From positions 9,486,001 to 9,550,000 of the forward strand of contig OX597838.1 of NCBI GenBank assembly GCA_951406725.2: DNA of 64,000 nucleotides. The letters are read 5' to 3'. Below are positions 57,398 to 64,000 of this stretch, piece after piece (position 1 is the first letter of the stretch; every line of letters begins with the position of its first letter). A program made the translations under genes and the position numbers. The stretch is from Octopus vulgaris. Lineage: Eukaryota. The notes beneath the pieces were generated by a model. That model had not been told where the DNA came from. It saw only the letters and a program-made list of their open reading frames with translations, and made no database searches.

Positions 57398-57482
57398 AGG
57401 AAAGAAGGAAAGAAAGAAAGAAAGAAAAGAGAAAGAAAGAAAGAAAGAAGAAAGAAAGAAGGAAAGAAAGAAAGAAGAGAAG
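57180..57482. repeat. (AAAG)n microsatellite
   Basis: Direct reading. Confidence 0.97.
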
Positions 57483-57979
57483 CAAACCGTAGACTATAGA
57501 ATTTGAATGATGCTGTGAAGTGCATCGTTCGTTAAATGCCATTTTGTTTAGAATCACTCTCAGTTTCTGTATGCATAACACACGCGAGACAGATATGGCA
57601 GGTACTGAATCAGTTTACACTCACATACACACATGAACGTTGAAGCGTATTCAATCATACCTCAACGTCCGTCTTCTCCAGTTATATTTTTACGTATTAC
57701 GTAGTTGTTGTTCTTTTGTTGTTGTTGTTTTTTTCTTAAGAAATTAATGGAACAAATGCACTTCAGTTGATTTATCTGACTTTTCGTCAATCTCAGCAAA
57801 AAAAAAAAATTTAAGCATAAAATCTTTTTAAAATGAAACTAAAAAAACAATACGGAAATGAAAAATCAAATATGATGTACGTGAAAAATGATGCGAAAAA
57901 GACAACTAGAGAAGACAGACGCTTAAACATACCTCAACGTTCGTGTGTGTGTGTGTATGTGTGTGTGTGTGTGTGTGTA

Positions 57980-58026
<47 letters not shown>

Positions 58027-58334
58027 ATCGATTCAGTACCAGTCATATCTGCCTCATCGCGTTACGTATACAGAAGCTAATAATGATTCTAAACAAAATG
58101 GCATTTAACGAAGGATGCTCTTCACAGCATTATTCAAGTTCTATAGTCTGTTTCTCTTCTTTCTTTTCTTTCTTTCTTTATCTTGGATTTTGAGATGGAT
58201 AGTTCTAGCAATCCACCGCGTGATAGCGCTGTTAATTCAAGGAAATTCAAACGTGTTTTTGTATTTACAGTGTAACACCTTGTTTTTTTCATACACCACG
58301 GCCACACACAAGAAATCTCTTGCTGCTAAATGAA

Positions 58335-58820
58335 GAACTCCCGGTGGTCGTAAACACCATGGTATTTCTTTGCAGAATAAGCTAGCGATGTTTAAACGCT
58401 ATGGAAATGTTGACAAGATGGTGGCGATTGCGCGTTCTCATGGCTTAAGTCGAAAGACGATGTCTATAATTATTCATGACAAGGAAAAGATTTTAATTCA
58501 TACCTAAGATACTGCTCCAGGGATGCAGATCATGATAATCACCGAGAAATTTGTCAAGATCATCGGAGAAATGGGACAGCTTCTCTGTCTTTGGCTTGAA
58601 TGACACTCACCAACGCATCCCCCATGAGCTAAAGGATAACTTTAGAGAAAACGCTTTTATTGTACAGCCATCTTAAGAAGAAATATCCTGATTTCTAAGT
58701 CAGTTCAGATTTATGCGATTCAAGAGACAACACGATCTTCATAACATCAAGGTCGGAGGTGAGAATTCATCGGTGGATGCAGCAGCAGCAGCCGAGTTTC
58801 TTGCAATTGTGGCGAAAATT
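58335..58820 (+). pseudogene. Tigger/pogo transposase N-terminal (CENP-B-type HTH) remnant
   Basis: ISLQNKLAMFKRY...VAIARSHGLSRKTMSIIIHDKEKI; EMGQLLCLWLE; RFKRQHDLHNIKVGGENSSVD..AA.EF; contains stops and frameshifts. Confidence 0.85.
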
Positions 58821-58834
58821 ACACTCTCTCTCTA

Positions 58835-59312
<478 letters not shown>

Positions 59313-60262
59313 AATAAATTTTTTATTTTTATTCATTTATTTGTGTTTGCTCAGTAAATGTTATTCCCTATTTGCTTCTATTTAAAAATCAAAGGAAATT
59401 ACTAGTATTCCTTTCAAACTTTGCTTTTCTGTCCTGGACATCCGTGTTTTGAAACTAATTTCTTTTCCATTACATTTCAGACAGATTCAGCACTGAGTTG
59501 CTGATGCAGAAATATCATTATAGTAAATACTCTGCTCACTACCACAGATTTGCTTTGTCATTTGCTTGACTTTAAACACTTGAGCATGTCCCTTAGTGAC
59601 TGACAATATGTGCATCTCTGATCATGAGCAGTAGTTGGGGAGCATCATAGCCATGTGTTAAAAGGGATTCTTTGGGGTTTGAATAAATATTGTAACAAAA
59701 GCAAAATTTGAAGGAAATGTTAGCCATTTTTCATACATTTTTAGGTTAAGCAAATAAGAAATAAGTTGCTACCAAAGGACAAAAATCGTGTTGCACAATG
59801 TAACTGATAATAACGGTTTTATTCTACAGCGAATTTCCAATGTAGATGAGACCGGGCTTTTCTGAAAAAGAAAGTCAGACCAATCCTTCATAGCTAAAGA
59901 GAAGTCTGTGCTTGGTTTTAATTTCCCTGATGGTTGTCTGACTAGGAAGCAATTGCTAGGGGGATTACAAGTTAATCCCTCTTTTAGTTCACCACGCAAG
60001 ACCTCCAAGAGTGGACTGGAGAAACGCGAATTAAAATGTCTTGCTCAAGGATCATTTTTTTAAAAACTTCTAATTATATTCAAATTTAAATACTTAGAGT
60101 ATAGCATTTTATAGCGATAGACTGGTGCGTTTTTTTTTTGAGGAATTTCGATTAATTTTATAATGCATTCACTTTCATTTTTTTTCTTTTCTTTATGTTA
60201 CATAGTTTTTCAAGTTAAGTCGCAAGTTTTAGAACTAATTTCCGGCGGAAATTGAGGTATAC

Positions 60263-60357
<95 letters not shown>

Positions 60358-60548
60358 TACATATATATATACACATATATACATATACATATATATATAT
60401 ATATATAATGAGTAGCGGCACATACAAGAAATAGATGCCAAATGGCTCTAAAAAGTACATTATTTACCGCATTAGCATGGGTTGAAAGTGAGGAAAGTGA
60501 ACAAAGATATTTTTTAAAAAGGGTTTGACTATAGATCGATTTCTAGTT

Positions 60549-60599
<51 letters not shown>

Positions 60600-60603
<4 letters not shown>

Positions 60604-60756
60604 AGGGTTTCTTTCAGTTTCCATCTACTAAATTCACTCATAAGGCTTTGGTCGGTTGGAGGCTATAGTAGAAGACACTTGCTCAATGCTCACGGTGAAC
60701 CCGGAACCATATGTGGTTGCGAAGCAAGCATCTTACCACACATCCACTCCTGCTCC
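60600..60756 (-). mobile_element. SINE family 1, head fragment
   Basis: Diverged match to the family 5' half. Confidence 0.75.
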
Positions 60757-60949
60757 TAGTCACTTGTATATGTGTATGTGTGTATATGTGGGTGTTTATG
60801 TGTGCTTGTGTGTGTGTGCGTGTGTAGGTACATAATGAAAATCTCTAAGCTTAAGTCACGCTATCAACTAATGAGGCGATAGCATACTGCTTTCCCATAG
60901 GATTGTATATCAAACGATAAAGACCTTTGTCCCTATGTATGCATAAGCG

Positions 60950-60965
60950 TGTGTATGTGTGTATG

Positions 60966-60999
<34 letters not shown>

Positions 61000-61253
61000 T
61001 GTATGTATGTATGTATGTATGTATGTATGTATGTGTGTATGTATGTATTTATGTATGTATGTATGTATGTATGTATTTATGTATGTATGTATGTATGTAA
61101 GTATGTATGTATGTACGTACGTATGTATGTATGTATGCATGTATGTGTGTATGTATGTATTTATGTATGTATGTATGCATGTGTGTATGTATGTATGTAT
61201 GTATGTATGTATGCATGTATGTATGTATGTGTGTATGTATGTATGTATGTATG

Positions 61254-61284
<31 letters not shown>

Positions 61285-61317
61285 GTATGTATGTAAGTAT
61301 GTATGTATGTATGTATG

Positions 61318-61348
<31 letters not shown>

Positions 61349-61753
61349 GTATGTATGTATGTATGTATGTATGTATGTATGTATGTGTGTATGTATGTAT
61401 TTATGTATGTATGTATGTATGTATTTATGTATGTATGTATGCATGTGTGTATGTATGTATGTATGTATGTATGTATGTATGTATGTATGTATGTATGTAT
61501 GTATGTATGTACGTACGTATGTATGTATGTATGTATGTATGTATGTATGTATGTATGTATGTGTGTATGCATGTATGTATGTATGTATGTATGTATGTGT
61601 GTATGTATGTATTTATGTATGTATGTATGTATGTATTTATGTATGTATGTATGTATGTATTTATGTATGTATGTATGTATGTATGTATGTATGTATGTAT
61701 GTATGTATGTATGTATGTATGTATGTATGTATGTATGTATGTATGTATGTATG

Positions 61754-61784
<31 letters not shown>

Positions 61785-61810
61785 GTACGTATGTATGTAC
61801 GTATGTATAT
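60950..61810. repeat. Long (TATG)n microsatellite
   Basis: Direct reading. Confidence 0.97.
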
Positions 61811-62356
61811 ATGTATAAATATAATATATATGCATATATGTATAAATTTCTGAGTCATTTGGTGTCATGTGTGTCGCTTTGCCCACAGAAAATCGTTTGA
61901 ACGGTTGAAGGTGATTTCATTGGTTCTAGCAAATGATGTATCCTGTGTTTATCGTATGTTCGACGATGTTTATATACGAAGAGACTTCAATGCACTGTGA
62001 GATAGGTGAAATATTCTATGTTATACATATGTGTATATGCACACGCTAAATGCACACATTTATGTGGAAGCAAACCCATATATATATGTATATGTACAGA
62101 CAGTTCTACAGGCAAAAAGAAAAGGGCGTTCTCACACACGGAGTCAATTTATATAGCTTTAAATGATTTATTGCAACAGGTTGGCAAAGATAGAGACTCA
62201 CGTACGTAAAAATTACGCTCCCAAGCACAGATAACACATACACGCATGCGCATGCCAACACCTGCTGACAGAAGATGTATGCGTATATAAATAATAGAAG
62301 AGTATGTGTGATGCATGGCGTGTATATACAGATATATGTGCGCGTAGAGCGGGCAC

Positions 62357-62473
<117 letters not shown>

Positions 62474-62494
62474 GAGAGAGAGAGATGTATATAG

Positions 62495-62534
<40 letters not shown>

Positions 62535-62892
62535 ATACACACGAACACATTCATACACAAACAACTATAAACATGCATAGATGTATATATATATATATGT
62601 ATATATGTGTATATAAATATATATATATACAGAGAGAGAGGGGGAAGAGGGAGAGAGAGAGAAACAGAATACATACAGATATATATGTTTAATTATATAT
62701 GCATATATATGTGGCTCAGTAATTCTCTTTGTGTATGCAAATAAGTAGATATGTATTATGTGTGTATGTATGTATGTATGTATGTATAGAAAGATACATA
62801 CATACATACACATACGTACACAAAAATATATAGGTATGCCTCTACATATATATGTATACATATATACATGCACAACACACATACATATATGC

Positions 62893-62927
<35 letters not shown>

Positions 62928-63060
62928 AAAATAGTAAAGTGTGAAAAAACGACAGAAGGCTTAAATGTTAAAAGATATATATATTTGTGTCAAAATGTCT
63001 GGAGAATATTGGAAACATTTTTTTTCCTTTCCTTAAAATGACATAATTTTTAAATTTTTA

Positions 63061-63100
63061 AAGAAATTACCGGTTTCGCGTGTAGCTTTTCAAATTTCTT
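63061..63100 (-). ncRNA. Minimal type-I hammerhead ribozyme in the PLE 3' UTR
   Basis: Minus strand reads AAGAAAT-TTGAAAA-GC-TACAC-GC-GAAAC-CG-GTA-ATTTCTT: 7-bp stem I, core UUGAAAA (U3-A8 replacing C3-G8), 2-bp stem II, GAAA, palindromic stem III ACCGGT, GUA cleavage triplet. Confidence 0.8.
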
Positions 63101-63235
63101 GTGACGTTATGTTTATATTGCATGGATTTATCGTTGTTTTTATTTCCAGGAGATTTCTAAATAAGGGGAGGTAGTGAGTGATTTTTTCCGGTGTAGGGGA
63201 GATAATCGCTTAAAAAATTTTTTTCCATTTCCTTG

Positions 63236-64000
63236 TTAATTTCTCTGTGTCAGTATGTTCGGATGGTTGAGTCTGGGTTTGTACTTTTCAATGAAGAATG
63301 TTTCCTTGTTCAGTCTCATTTGTGTTGATGATCCGAAAGCACATTGGTAAAATGGGAAGATTAAAAATTGTGGCAGTAGTTGCTTTGCGCATTTCTCAAT
63401 GTGCTCACTAAAAGGTATCATTCTATATTCTGGGAATGCAATCTGTTGTCGATGCAGTGTGCATCTGCGCCTGAGTGATAGTCCCGTGGAACCCACGTAG
63501 TCTTGGTGGCAGCCCGAGCATTTAATAACATAAATTATGTTTTCAGAGGCACAAGTAAAGTTAGATTTGATCTTAAATTTCTGTCCTTCTTTAAAGAAGA
63601 ATTCTGATCCTTCCAATAGGTTAGGACATGTTGCACAGTTCGATCTACCACATTTTTTTACTTTTGCATCCGTAATTTTAGAAGACAATTTTGCCTTTGT
63701 GAGAATCTTTTTAAGTGATTTAGGCTGTTTGTAGCTTTTAATGATTTGGTGTATGTTTAGAATTTCCCTTAATTTTGGGTTTTTATGAAGTATTGGTAAA
63801 TTCTGGGTGATGATGGTGAAGGCTTCTTTGTTTCTGGGGTTGTATGTAGATATGTAAGGTAGTATTTTCGGGGAAGGTGTGTTGTTGTGTTGAACTTTTC
63901 TTAAAGTTTCTATGTTGATTTCTGTTGCACGTCTGATCCCATCCTCTATGAGTTGAGCTGGGTAATGTCTGTCAATTAGGGTGTTTTTGAGTTCTTGCAG
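63236..64000 (-). CDS. Penelope-like retroelement ORF, C-terminal part (RT thumb/linker + Cys-rich linker + GIY-YIG endonuclease); 5' part lies outside the window
   Basis: The frame is open from the window edge (LQELKNTLIDRHYPAQLIEDGIRRA...LPYISTYNPRN...SYKQPKSLKKIL) to the stop at 63236. It contains CGRSNCATC, NFTCASENIIYVIKCSGCHQDYVGSTG (GIY-YIG with internal CxxC), RRRCTLHRQQI, SEHIEKC and E-TFFI...PRLN, all typical of PLE endonucleases. Confidence 0.93.
   Translation of the reverse strand: MQELKNTLIDRHYPAQLIEDGIRRATEINIETLRKVQHNNTPSPKILPYISTYNPRNKEAFTIITQNLPILHKNPKLREILNIHQIIKSYKQPKSLKKILTKAKLSSKITDAKVKKCGRSNCATCPNLLEGSEFFFKEGQKFKIKSNFTCASENIIYVIKCSGCHQDYVGSTGLSLRRRCTLHRQQIAFPEYRMIPFSEHIEKCAKQLLPQFLIFPFYQCAFGSSTQMRLNKETFFIEKYKPRLNHPNILTQRN

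Larger units (their letters stand above)
62925..64000 (-). mobile_element. Penelope-like element (Neptune/Naiad type), 3' end abutting a (TA)n tract
   Basis: GIY-YIG ORF followed by ~310 bp of 3' UTR that contains a hammerhead motif and ends directly at (TA)n ~62895-62925. Confidence 0.88.

Overview
Eukaryotic, AT-rich, repeat-saturated DNA with no recognisable host protein-coding exon (intergenic or a long intron). The SINE repertoire and microsatellite density resemble an octopus/cephalopod genome; this is inferred from pattern familiarity, not from a search. The window holds at least four tRNA-derived SINE families (several with target-site duplications), decayed RTE, CR1-like and R4/Dong LINE pieces, an internally deleted Helitron, mariner and Tigger/pogo fragments, very long microsatellites and several degenerate minisatellites. 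At the right edge is the open, uninterrupted 3' part of a Penelope-like element (PLE, GIY-YIG). Most notable: (1) a minimal type-I hammerhead with a U3-A8 compensatory core in the PLE 3' UTR, plus short non-coding elements in (TA)n tracts that carry non-canonical hammerhead-like cores; (2) a ~42-bp palindromic minisatellite whose unit reads as a back-to-back acceptor|donor splice signal on both strands; (3) several inverted duplications, most centred on (TA)n microsatellites; (4) a SINE that repeatedly inserts into its own older copies. Almost all ORFs in the supplied track are microsatellite or SINE artefacts. Repeat boundaries were read by eye and are approximate.
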